Part shown: positions 47,401 through 58,839 of the stretch, piece by piece
Numbering within the stretch: the stretch's first letter is position 1
How the letters are laid out: each line of letters begins with the position of its first letter
Source: an uncultured Gemmatimonadales bacterium
GTDB lineage: Bacteria; Gemmatimonadota; Gemmatimonadetes; Gemmatimonadales; GWC2-71-9
Assembly: GCA_963739455.1 (NCBI GenBank)
Contig: CAVUAK010000001.1
Span: forward strand, 2,400,001-2,464,000
Direction: 5' to 3'
Length of the DNA stretch: 64,000 bases
Translations under genes and position numbers: made by a program
Notes under the pieces: generated by a model
Databases searched by the model: none
What the model was told of the DNA's origin: nothing
The model's input: only the letters and a program-made list of their open reading frames with translations

Positions 47401-50400
47401 CACGACGGACCCCAACCCGAACAACAACAACGGGTCGCTGCCGGCGGCGCGGGTGACGACGACGGTCAACCCGACCGACATCGTGACGACCAAGACCGGT
47501 CCGGCGTCGGCGACCATCGGCAGCAACATCAGCTACACGATCTCGGTGCGGAACGCCGGCCCGGTGAACGCGGTGGGCGTGGTGGTGACGGATACGCTGC
47601 CGGCGGGCCTGACGTTCGTGAGTGCCACCGGCGGCGGCACGGCGGCCGGCAACGTGGTGACCTGGCCCACGATCGCGAACATGGCCAATGGTGTGGTCCA
47701 GAACTTCACCGTGACGGTGGCGGTGCCGTTGGCGGGGTCGTTCACCAACATCGTCGCGAGCACCGCGGCGAGCGGTGACCTGAACCCGAACAACAACAAC
47801 GGATCGCTGCCGGCGTCGCGAGTCACCACGCTGGTGATCGACCAGGCCGATGTGGTGACGACCAAGACCGGTCCCGGCGACGGTGAACGCCGGCGGGGCG
47901 GTGACGTACAGCATCTCGGTGCGGAACAACGGCCCGACGGCGGCGCTGAACGTGGTGGCGAGCGACACACTGCCGGCAACGGTGACGTTCGTGAGCGCCA
48001 CAGGCGGCGGCACGGTGAGCGGCAATGTGGTGACGTGGCCGGCGATCGCGTCGCTGCCCAACGGCACGCTCCAGACGTACAGCGTGACCGTGACGGCGCC
48101 GGCGACGGGAACGCTGCTCGACATCGCGGCGAGCACGTCCACGACGCCCGACCCGACGCCGGCCAACAACAACGGATCGCTGCCGGCGGCGCGCGTCACC
48201 ACCGACAGTGGTGGAGCAGGCCGACGTGGCGACCACCAAGACTGGCCCCGCCTCGGTGAATGCGGGCGCCAACTTCTCCTATTCGCTGAGCGTGAGCAAC
48301 GCCGGCCCGAGCGCGGCGCGCGCGGTCGTGCGTGACGGATACGCTGCCGGCGGGTGTCACGTTCGTGAGCGCCACCGGCGGCGGCACGGTGAGCGGCAAC
48401 GTGGTGACGTGGCCGGCGATCGCGAGTCTCGCGAGCGGCGCCAGCCAGGGCTTCGGCGTGACGGTGACGGCGCCCGCCACGGGTACGCTGCTCAACATCG
48501 CGGCAAGCACCTCGAGCACCGCCGACCCGGTGCCGACCAACAACAACGGGTCGCTCCCGGCAGCGCGGGTCACCACCACGGTGGTGGAGCAGGCTGACGT
48601 GGTGACGACCAAGACCGGTCCCGCGACGGTGAACGCGGGCCAGAACTTCAACTACGCCGTCAACGTCGCCAATGCAGGGCCGAGCGCGGCGGCGGCGGTG
48701 GTGGTGACGGACACGCTCCCGGCTGGCGTGACCTTCGTGAGTGCGACTGCCGGCGGCACGCTGAGCGGCAACGTCGTGACCTGGCCGGCGATCGCGAGCC
48801 TGGCGGGCGGTGCGAGCCAGGGCTACTCGGTGACGGTGACGGCGCCGGCAACCGGCACGCTGCTCAATATCGCGGCGAGCAGGTCGACCACAGCCGATCC
48901 TGATCCATCCAACAACGATGGCTCGCTGCCTGCCTCGCGCGTCACCACGACGGTGGTGGCGCAGGCGGACGTGGCCACGACCAAGACCGGCCCGGCGACG
49001 GTGAACGCCGGGCCAGAGCTTCAGCTACACCCTGGCGGTGGCCAACAACGGGCCGAGCGCCGCGGCGACGGTGGTGGTGACAGATACGCTGCCGGCCGGG
49101 GTGACGTTCGTCAGCGCCACCGCTGGCGGCACGCTGAGCGGCAATGTGGTGACCTGGCCGGTGATCGCGAGCCTCGCGAGTGGCGCCAGCCAGGGCTACG
49201 GCGTGACGGTGACGGCGCCCGCCACGGGCACGCTTGCTCAACATCGCGGCGAGCACGTCGGGCACGGCGGATCCGGTGCCGGCCAACAACAACGGCTCGC
49301 AGCCTGGCTCGCGCGTCACCACGACGGTGGTGGAGCAGGCTGATGTGGTGACGACGAAGACCGGTCCCGCGACGGTGAACGCGTCGCAGAACTTCTCCTA
49401 TGCCGTAGCGGTGGCCAACAGCGGGCCGAGCGCTGCCGCAGCGTCGTGGTGACGGACACGCTGCCGGCGGGCGTCACCTTCGTGAGTGCAACCGGCGGCG
49501 GCACGTTGAGCGGCAACGTCGTGACCTGGCCGACGATCGCATCGCTGGCGAGTGGCGCGAGCCAGGGCTACAGCGTGACGGTGACGGCACCGGCCACCGG
49601 GGTGCTGACCAACATCGTCGCCAGCACCTCCACCACCGGCGATCCCGATCCGTCGAACAACAACGGTTCGGCGCCGGGTGCGCGGGTCACCACCACCGTC
49701 ATCGAGCAGGCAGACGTCGCCACCACCAAGACCGGTCCGGCGACGGTGAACGCGGGCCAGAACTTCACCTACGCGCTGACGGTGTCGAACACCGGCCCGT
49801 CAGCGGCCGCGACCGTGGTGGTGACCGACACCCTCCCGGCGGGCGTCACCTTCGTCTCAGCGACGAACGGCGGCACGCTGAGCGGCAACGTCATCACGTG
49901 GCCCGCCATCGCGAGCCTGGCGAGCGGGGCGAACCAGGCCTACAGCGTGACGGTGACGGCGCCGGCCACAGGCGTCCTCACCAACATCCTGGCGAGCACG
50001 TCGCCGACCGCCGACCCGAACCCGGGCAACAACAACGGGTCGGCGCCGGCGAGCCGAGTGACCACGACGATCATCGAGGTGGCGGATATCGTCACCACGC
50101 AAGACCGGTCCGGCCACGGCGATTGCCGCGACCAACTTCAGCTACGCGATCGGCGTCCAGAACGCCGGTCCGTCGATTGCTGCCAACGTGCAGGTGACCG
50201 ACACGCTGCCGGCGGGTGTCACCTTCGTCTCGGCGACGGGCGGCGGCACGCTGAGCGGGAGTGTCATCACCTGGCCCGCCATCGCGACCATGGCAAACGG
50301 TGCCACGCCAGGCCTACACCGTGACGGTGACGGCTCCGGCCACCGGATCGCTGCTCAACATCGTCGCGAGCACGTCGTCCACGCTCGACTCCGACCCGGC

Positions 50401-53400
50401 CAACAACAACGGCTCGCTGCCGGCGGCACGGGTCACCACGATCGTGCAGGAACGGGCCGATGTCGTCACCACCAAGACCGGTCCTGCCACGGTGCAGGCC
50501 GCGGCCCAGTTCAGCTATACCATTACGACGCGGAACGTGGGCCCGAGCGCCGCAGCGGCAGTGGTGGTGAGCGATACGCTACCGGCGACGGTGACCTTCG
50601 TGAGCGCCACCGGCGGCGGTGTGCGCGTGGGCAACGTGGTGACCTGGCCGGTGATCCCGAGCCTGGCGAGCGGCGCGGCGCAGAACTACGACGTGACGGT
50701 GGCGGCGCCGGCGACCGGATCCTTCACCAACATCGTCGCGAGCACGTCGGCGACGCCCGACCCGGTGCCGGCCAACAACGACGGCAGCGCCCCGGCGAGC
50801 CGAGTCACGACCACCGTGAGTGAGCTCGCGGATGTGGCGACGAGCAAGTCCGGTCCGGCGCGAGTCAACGCGAGCGACCTGGTCAACTACACGATCACCG
50901 TCACCAACATCGGCCCGAGCGCGGCAACGGCCGTGCTGGTGAGCGATCCGATTCCGGCCGGCGCCACCTTCGTGAGCGCCTCCAATGGTGGCGCGCTCAA
51001 TGGGGCGGTGGTGCAGTGGCCGGCGATCGGCTCGCTCGCTGCGGGCCAGACGCAGACGTACGCGCTCCAGGTACGGGCGCCGCTCACCGGCACGCTCACC
51101 AACGTGGTGTCCAGCACCGCGACCACCATCGATCCGGTGCCGGCCAACAACAACGGCTCGCCTGCCGGCGGCCCAGGTGCAGACCACCATCGAACCGGTC
51201 GATCTCGCGGTGACGAAGACGTCGCTGCCCGAGTTCCGCATCGGTACCGTCGGCACGTATACCCTCACCGTGCGCAACGTCGGCAATGCGCCGAGCGTCG
51301 GCACCATCACGGTGGTGGATACGCTGCCGGCGTCGCTGCGCTTCTCGTCGGCGGACGGCCCGGGATGGAGCTGCGGTGCCAGCGGCGCGATTGTCACCTG
51401 TACCGCAGCGAGCCCGCTCGTGGCCGGTGCATCGAGTGCCATCCAGCTCAGCGTGGACGTGCTGCCGGCGGCGGTGCCGTCGGTGACCAACACCGTGGCG
51501 GTGGCGACCCCGGGCGATACGGCGACCGGCGGCAACAACGCCTCGAGCATCGCGACGGTGGTGGTGGCGCAGAGCCCGCTGGTCGCCGAGAAGACGGCGG
51601 GGTCGGCGACCGCTGAGATCGGTGATGTCGTCAACTACACCCTGACGGTGCGGAACCAGTCGGGCCAGCCGGTGCCGGCGGTGGTCTTCAATGACCACCT
51701 GCCGCTCGGCTTCGCGTACCAGGCAGGTACGGCCCGGGTGAACGGTGCGGCGGTGCCCGATCCAACAGGCGCTCCTGGACCGACGCTCGGCTTCCCGATC
51801 GGGACGCTGGCGGGGAACGGTACGGCGACGGTGACGTACCGGGTGTTCCTGAACCCGGGTGCATCGGCGGGTGACGGCCTCAACCGCGCGCAGGCAGTGA
51901 GCACGATCAGCGGTGTCGCATCGAACACCGCGACGGCCAAGGTCGAGGTGACTGGCGGCGTGTTCACCGATCGCGGCATCATCGCCGGCAAGATCTTCAT
52001 CGATTGCGACTGCGATCCCGATCGCGTCCAGGGGCCGCGTGACATCGGCATCCCGGGCGTGCGCATCATGCTCGAGGACGGTACCTCGACCGTCACCGAC
52101 GTCGAGGGCAAGTACAACTTCTACGGCCTCTCGCCGCGGATGCACGTGCTGAAGGTGGATGTGACGACGCTCCCGCCGGGCTCGAGGCTGGCGGCGGTCT
52201 CGTCGCGCAATGCCGGCGACGGCTGGACCCGCTTCGTCGACCTGCGGAACGGCGAGTTCGTCCGCGGTGACTTCGTCGAGGTGAGCAACGACGCCGCGGT
52301 GCTCGCGGCGGTCATTGCGCGACGCCGCCAGGGCGAGATCTATGCGGCGGCGATTCCGGATACCATCCCGATGGTGATGGTGGGCGACTCGCTGACCGCG
52401 AGTGGCGACACGGTGCCCGGCACCGCGTACCAGCCCCTTATCGGCGGCCTTGCCAGCCCGGTGACGGCTGAGGGTGCGGCGTCTCCTGTCTTGCGCCTGC
52501 CGCAGTCGGAGCAGCCGGAGCGGCTCGCGCGTCCCACCGACTCGCGGCTCGAGATGATGGTACCGGCACAGGGCATCCCGGCGGACGGCGTCACCTCGGT
52601 ACCAGTGCGAGTCAAGATCGCCGCCGCAAACGGCGCGGTCATCACCACGCCGGCCACGGTGACGCTCGAGGCGTCGCTGGGCCGCTGGCTGGTGGAGGAT
52701 CTCGACGCCACCCAGCCGGGCGTGCAGACGCAACTCAAGGATGGACAGGGCGAGTTCATGCTCGCGGCGTCGCCGCGCGAAGGTGTGGGCGAGGTGCGCG
52801 TGACGAGCGGCGCCCTGGTGCAGACCGGGCGCGTGGCCTTCCTCCCGGTGGCGCGGCCGCTCACGGCGGTCGGCATCCTCGAGGGACGCATCGACCTGCG
52901 CTCGCTCTCCAAGGGTGCCCTGGTTCCATCGACACCGGACGACGGCTTCGAGCAGGAACTGAAGGACATCTCCATCTCCGGCGACAGCGGGCTCAACCGT
53001 GCCGGTGCGCGCGCCGCCCTCTTCCTGCAGGGCAAGGTGAAGGGGAGCTATCTCCTGACCCTGGCGTTCGACACCGAGCAGGACCCCGGCCGGCAGTTCA
53101 TGCGCGACATCCAGCCGGACGAGTTCTACCCGGTGTACGGTGACGCGTCGGTGAAGGACTTCGGCGCGCAGTCGTACGACCGGTTGTACGTCCGGATCGA
53201 CAAGGACCGGAACTACTTCCTCTACGGCGACTACGTGACGCCGGCGCCTTCGCAGGCGCGCCAGCTGGGTGGCTACCTGCGCAGCCTGACCGGTGCCGTT
53301 CAGCACTTCGAGAACAAGACGGTGCAGGCCAACGCCTTTGCCGCGCACACGCGGATCACCCAGGTGGTGGACGAGCTGCGCGGGATGGGCATCTCCGGCC

Positions 53401-55325
53401 CGTACCAGTTGTCGCAGCCCAACGCGCGCATGAACAGCGAGCGGATCGACATCCTGACGCGCGACCGCAACCAGCCGGAACGCGTGCTCAAGATCGTGCC
53501 GCTGACCCGCTTCTCCGACTACACGCTGGAGCCGTTCACCGGTCGCATCCTGCTGCGGCAGCCGCTGCCGAGTCTCGACGCCGAGTTGAACCCGGTGTCG
53601 ATGCGGGTCACCTACGAAGTGGAGCCGGCCGACGCCCCACAGTCGTGGGTGTACGGTGCGGACGCGCAGGTCCGGGTGAGCTCGTTCGCCGAGGTGGGCG
53701 GCGCGGTGGTGCAGGACGACAACCCGTACAACGGGCGGCAGATCTACACCCTGAACGGCAGCGCGCGGCTCGGCAAGAACACGCAATTGGTCGCGGAAGG
53801 CGCGTTGACCAATACCGACTCACTGGGTGACGGCAGCGCGGGACGCTTCGAGCTGCGGCACCAGGCCGGGAAGTTCAGCGGCAACGTCTTCGGCGCCGTG
53901 AGCGCCACGACCTTCTCCAACCCGTCGGCCACCTTCGGGGCGGGGCAGATGCAGTTCGGCGCCCGCGCCGCGATGCAGATCGACCAGAAGAGCGGCGTCC
54001 GGGCCGAGGCGCTGCTGAGCGAAGACCGGGTGAACGGCGGTCGCCGGAAGGGCGCCCTGATCGCCTACGAGCGCGCGATCTCGCGGCTGTTCCGCGCCGA
54101 GGTCGGCTATCGCTGGGCGGAGGAAACGGTCGCGCCGGTGGATACCGCGACGGCGATCACGCCGGGTGCCACTCCGAACGAGACCAACGCCATCGGCGTG
54201 AAGCTGACTGCGCTCCTGCCGAGCAAGCGAGGCAGCGCGTCGATCGAGTTCGAGCAGGACGTGGTGAACACCGACCAGCGTCGCGCGGCGGTGGCAGCGG
54301 AGTACTGGGTATTCCCCCGGCTCCGTCTCTACGGCCGCTACGAGCTGCTGTCATCCTTCGCCGGCCCGTACGCGCTCAACGGCGCGCAGCGCCTGGCGCA
54401 GGCGGTGGTGGGCTTCGACCTCGCCTACTTCAAGGACGGGCAGTTCTTCAGCGAGTACCGCGCGCGCGACGCCTTCTCCGGTCGCGAGGCCGAGGCGACG
54501 ATCGGTCTCCGGAACCGGTGGCAGGTGGCTCCAGGTGTACGGGTGGACGCCTCATTCGAGCGGGTCAACCCGATCAAGGGCGGCGACGGCGCCGAGGCCA
54601 CGGCGGTGACGGCGGCGGTGGAGTACACCCGCAGCCCGCTGTGGAAGGGCACGCTGCGCGCTGAATACAGGAACGCCATCAGCGGCGACAACTTCCTGGC
54701 GACCCTCGGTTATGCGCGGAAGCTCACGCGCGACTGGACGCTGCTGGGTCGCGGCTTCTGGAGTGCATTGCCGGAGGACCAGCTCCGCACCCGCGGGCAG
54801 CTGGGCCTGGCCTGGCGCGAGACGGACAACAACAAGTGGAACGGACTCGGCCGCGTGGAGCATGGCGTCGATCGCCTCAAGAACGGCGTCAACGGCGAGC
54901 TCACGTCGCGCCAGCTCGATATCGCGATCGCACAGATCAATTACCAGCCGATCCTGCGGCTCACCATCTCGGCGGAGTACGCTGCCAAGTGGATGCGCCA
55001 GGATGACGCCATCCTGTCGAAGACCGCCACGCAGCTCGGCCAGCTACGCGGCATCTACGATCTCGACCACAACTGGGACGTCGGCCTGCAGGGCAGCATG
55101 ATGTGGGGCGGGTCGTTCCGGAGCATCCGCTACGGTGTTGGCGGCGAGCTGGGACGGCGGCTCATCAACAACCTGCGCGTCGCCGCGGGATACAACCTCT
55201 TCGGCTTCCAGGACAAGGATCTCCGCGAGACGGACTACACCATGCAGGGGCCCTACCTGCGGCTCGACTTCAAGTTCGACGAGTCGATCCTGCCGGGGCT
55301 CAAGAAGACGGAGCTGGCCCCATGA
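41423..55325 (+). CDS. Giant surface protein (~4,600 aa once ~13 indels are bridged): signal peptide, N-terminal globular domain, ~25 DUF11/TIGR01451 repeats, SdrD-B-like and Ig-like domains, C-terminal probable outer-membrane beta-barrel
   Basis: Repeat DVxxTKTGP...YT..N.GPS.A..VVVTDTLP...W...NNNGS...RVTT runs on across frame switches with no internal RBS or signal peptide; amphipathic strands ending YLRLDFKF near the C-terminus. Confidence 0.8.
43000..51190 (+). repeat. About 22 tandem ~372-bp coding repeats
   Basis: NNNGS/NNDGS-type motif recurs every ~372 nt from ~43320 to ~51146. Confidence 0.9.
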
Positions 55326-56419
55326 GGCGGACGATCATGTTGCTCGCGGGGCTCCTGCTCACGGCGGGATCGCTGTCCGCGCAGAGCCAGGACCAGTTGC
55401 TCCCGGCCAGGAAGCGGATCACCGACGAGGCGCTGGCGCGCGACTGGGCGCTCATCAACAAGTGGCTGGTGCGGGCCGACTCGCTCCCGCGCGACCCCGG
55501 CGACCTGTACGCGAGGGCGCGGGCCATCGCACTGCTCGAGTTCGTGGGGACGGAATACGATCGGGCCAACCGATCGCCGGTGCTCGACACGTCGTTCGTG
55601 CATGCCGTCGCCATTGTGGAGCGGATCGAGGCGGGGCAGACCTGGTACGAGAAGGTCAGTGAGCCGGTGGGCGCGGGCCTGGTGGCTCCCGGCGTCTGGC
55701 AGCGGATCGACTCGCTGCAGGGCGCGGACACCAATCATTGCGCCCAGCCGCAGATCGCGAAGGCGCAGGTGAAGCTGCTGCTCGCGGTGGAAGAGCATCG
55801 CACCGGCGGGCCGGCATGCTCGGAGCCGATCGTGAAGGAAGTTGAGGCGCTGATCGACGACATCAAGCGGCTCATCGCGGCGTGCGAGCCCAAGGTGGCC
55901 GACACACTGCAGGCCCCGCCCACGCCTGAGCCTGATCCGTGGGTCGAGCCGCCGGCACCCGAGGTGGTGAAGATCCCGAGCGCGGTCCACTTTGCGTTCG
56001 ATCACGCGAGGCTGAGCCCCGCCACCAAGGCGGTGCTCGACCAGGTGGCGGCACAGCTGGTGGCGCTGCCTGACGCGATGGTCAAGCTGGATGCGTTCAC
56101 CGATCCGCAGGGCCAGACGAAGTACAACCAGCAGCTGTCGGCGCGGCGCGGCGAGGCGGTGCGGAAGTACCTGGTGGAGAAGGGGGTGAACCCGGCGCGG
56201 ATCAGCGTCGTGCCGCTGGGTGCCACGGCGCCGATCAAGGACCCGGAGCTGCCACGGCTCGAGCGCTACGCCCTCGACCGTCGGGTGGACATCCAGATCC
56301 TGCCGATGAACGACTACGTCATCGAGCGCTACGAGCAGTACGGCGATGTCCAGGCGACGGTGCAGCATCGCCGCGCGCGAGGGCGCGCGAAGCCCTCGGG
56401 CCGCAACTACGGCAACTGA
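55322..56419 (+). CDS. OmpA-family peptidoglycan-binding protein
   Basis: Signal peptide, helical N-domain, VHFAFD...FTDPQG...YNQQLSARRGEAV...DRRVDI; ATGA overlap with the giant gene. Confidence 0.88.
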   Translation: MRRTIMLLAGLLLTAGSLSAQSQDQLLPARKRITDEALARDWALINKWLVRADSLPRDPGDLYARARAIALLEFVGTEYDRANRSPVLDTSFVHAVAIVERIEAGQTWYEKVSEPVGAGLVAPGVWQRIDSLQGADTNHCAQPQIAKAQVKLLLAVEEHRTGGPACSEPIVKEVEALIDDIKRLIAACEPKVADTLQAPPTPEPDPWVEPPAPEVVKIPSAVHFAFDHARLSPATKAVLDQVAAQLVALPDAMVKLDAFTDPQGQTKYNQQLSARRGEAVRKYLVEKGVNPARISVVPLGATAPIKDPELPRLERYALDRRVDIQILPMNDYVIERYEQYGDVQATVQHRRARGRAKPSGRNYGN

Positions 56420-58710
56420 GATCGTTCGGCGATCGCCTTGAACCGGGCATCGCCGCGCAGGTTGTCGAGCTTCGGTTCCACCTGCAGGTAGAGCATTGCG
56501 GGGTCTCGCTCGGTGAGGCCGCGTTCCAGCTGCGCGAAGGCCGCTGGACGGTCCCCGAGGGCTCCGTACACGAACGCGAGGTTGGTCGGCGCCACGAACT
56601 CGCGCGTCGCCTGGCCCTCCAGCTCGGTGAGGAGCGCTCGCGCTGCGGGCGCCTGCCCGGTGCGCGCCAGTGCGTAGGCGAGCGCCACGCGTGGCAGCCA
56701 GTGTCCCCCCGACTGGGTAACCGCGCGCTCGAGCTCCGCCTTCGCTTCCGCAGGACGACCCTGTTCCAGTAGCGCCAAGCCAAGCCACGTCCGCGCCGGA
56801 AAGAACTCGGGCGACAGGCTGAGCACGCTCTGGGCTGACGCCTCCGCGCCGGAGTAATCGCGCCCGTAATAGGCGACAGCCGCCGCCGCTGCGCCTACCG
56901 TGGGCGCCAGCGGGTCGAGCGCCATGGCGATGCTGATTTCCCGCCTGGCGTCGTCCGCGCGGCGGAGCGTCACGAGGTTGAGTGCCCGCCAGTGATGCGC
57001 CGTCGTGTACTGCGAATCGGCGGCGACCGCCCGCGCGAAACCAGTCTCGGCATCCTGCACATTCCAGTCATACAGTGCCTGCAGGTAGGCGCTCACCGTC
57101 AGCGCCTCGACTACGGTTGAATCGAGTGCGAGGGCTTGCTGCGCCGCGGCGCGCGCCTCGGCGTACGCCTGACGGGGCGGCACGCGACCATAGGTGGGCA
57201 GCAGCATCCAGGTCGATGCGACGCCCGCGGCAGCAGCGGCATACGACGGGTCCAGTGCGAGCGCCGAATCGAACGAAACCATCGCGGAGCGCAGGCCCTC
57301 CTCCGTGCGGCGGTTCCACGCGTAGCGACCGCGCAGGTACTGGTTGTATGCCTGGAGGCTGGTGGTGGCGGCGGCGGGAGAACGCGCCACGTTCGCGACC
57401 GGCGGGCGATGCAGCGCACCCACGAGTGCATCGGCGACTTCATCCTGCAGCTTCATGATCCCGCCCAGTGGCCGGTCGTACGCACCGGTCCAGATCTCGA
57501 ATCCGTCACGCGTGCCCACGAGGCGGGTGGTGACCCGGATCGAGTCTCCCGTCCGCCGGACGCTTCCCTCGATCACCGCATCCACCTTCAGCGCGTTGCC
57601 GATCTCCTCGACGCTGGTGGCCTGCTCACGGATCATGTATGACGACGTGCGCGCCGCCACCCGAAGGCCCTCGAGCGTGCCGAGCCGGGTGATGAGGTCC
57701 TCGGTGAGGCCGTCGCTCAGGTAACTGTCCTCGGCGCTGCTGCCGAGATTGGTGAAGGGAAGCACGGCGACAGCGGAGATCACTCGTGCCGGCGCCGGCG
57801 TGGAGCGGGAGCGCATCCACGCGATGATGAGTGCCAGCGCGATCGCACCAACCAGCACGCCGATCCATCGGCGGCGTGCCGGGCGCACCGATGCCTCGGG
57901 AACGACAGGCGACAGAGGCGGCGCTTCCGGCGGAACCGGGACGGCGCTCTCTGCCTCGAGCGGTGGAGCCTGTCGTCGATCGGCCGCACCGCTCCACGCG
58001 CCGCTCCTGGCGCGGACCCGGTCAATGATGTCGCGCACCTTGCGGTCGGGCGGCGAGTTGAGCTCCTGCTTCACCAGCGTCTCATACTTCTGCGCGAACT
58101 GCATCGCCGATGTGCGACGTCCCGCCGCGAGCAGCGCCTCGAGATAGCCGGCGGCACTGCGCGGGTCGAGCGGATCGAGCTCGGATCGCCGGCGCCAGGC
58201 GTCGGCGGCGGTCGCAGCGTCGCCTGCGGTGGTCGCGGCAGTTGCCAGTGCATCGAGCGCCTTCACGGCGTACTGCCGGAAGCGCTCCCGTTCGCCATCG
58301 AGCCAGTGATCGAAGTCCGGTGCATCAGTGAGGTGAAAGCCGTCGAGGAAGGATCCCTGGTACAGCCCGGCGACGCGGCTGTGATCCCCGGCCTGGACGG
58401 CGCCGAGGAGGTCACCCACATCGCTGGTGAGGGAGGTCGGATCGAGCCGGAGCTGGCTGTCGCCCACCAGGAGTGGCTGCCCGCCGGAACTGCGCCGGAG
58501 GCTGTAGACGAGTTGGGCCAGCGCGTGGCGGGCCCGCTCGGTGTCGCTCTCGGGCCAGAGCGTCGCCAGGACCCGGTCCCGGCTTACGCCCTGGGTGCCA
58601 CCCGACGCCACCATGGCGAGCAGTGTGAGGCGGCGGGGCTGGGACAGCCCGGTGGCTGGCGCGCCATTATCGAGCGCGAGCCAAAGCCCGCCAAATGTGT
58701 GCAAACGCAC
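56407..58710 (-). CDS. SARP-like regulator: wHTH, BTAD, TM, TolB-N-like domain and TPRs
   Basis: Paralog of 27265..29289 with a complete BTAD helical region. Confidence 0.82.
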   Translation of the reverse strand: MRLHTFGGLWLALDNGAPATGLSQPRRLTLLAMVASGGTQGVSRDRVLATLWPESDTERARHALAQLVYSLRRSSGGQPLLVGDSQLRLDPTSLTSDVGDLLGAVQAGDHSRVAGLYQGSFLDGFHLTDAPDFDHWLDGERERFRQYAVKALDALATAATTAGDAATAADAWRRRSELDPLDPRSAAGYLEALLAAGRRTSAMQFAQKYETLVKQELNSPPDRKVRDIIDRVRARSGAWSGAADRRQAPPLEAESAVPVPPEAPPLSPVVPEASVRPARRRWIGVLVGAIALALIIAWMRSRSTPAPARVISAVAVLPFTNLGSSAEDSYLSDGLTEDLITRLGTLEGLRVAARTSSYMIREQATSVEEIGNALKVDAVIEGSVRRTGDSIRVTTRLVGTRDGFEIWTGAYDRPLGGIMKLQDEVADALVGALHRPPVANVARSPAAATTSLQAYNQYLRGRYAWNRRTEEGLRSAMVSFDSALALDPSYAAAAAGVASTWMLLPTYGRVPPRQAYAEARAAAQQALALDSTVVEALTVSAYLQALYDWNVQDAETGFARAVAADSQYTTAHHWRALNLVTLRRADDARREISIAMALDPLAPTVGAAAAAVAYYGRDYSGAEASAQSVLSLSPEFFPARTWLGLALLEQGRPAEAKAELERAVTQSGGHWLPRVALAYALARTGQAPAARALLTELEGQATREFVAPTNLAFVYGALGDRPAAFAQLERGLTERDPAMLYLQVEPKLDNLRGDARFKAIAERSQLP

Positions 58711-58724
58711 AGGTTGTCCCGAGG

Positions 58725-58777
58725 TGATCCAACAATGATCGGAGGCTGATCGACGCCTGACGGCCCGGCCTTAGAGT
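58725..58777 (+). promoter_or_regulatory. Phased TGATC direct repeats plus -10 (SARP-box-like)
   Basis: TGATC at 58725, 58736 and 58747, TGACG at 58758 (11-bp period), then 9 nt, then TAGAGT. Confidence 0.62.
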
Positions 58778-58839
58778 ACCCCCCGCCAGACGCCCCGGCA
58801 AGCAAAATCAGACGGACCGACAGCGAAGGAGCTGCAGCC

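Noticed and set aside
43000..51190. CRISPR-like or DGR-like repeat array
   Set aside because: Units are ~372-bp protein-coding domains with no unique spacers; no cas gene or reverse transcriptase in the window
51096..53786. 896-aa minus-strand ORF and similar long antisense ORFs (e.g. 22441..23676, 27172..28515)
   Set aside because: Shadow frames of high-GC genes with no recognisable motifs
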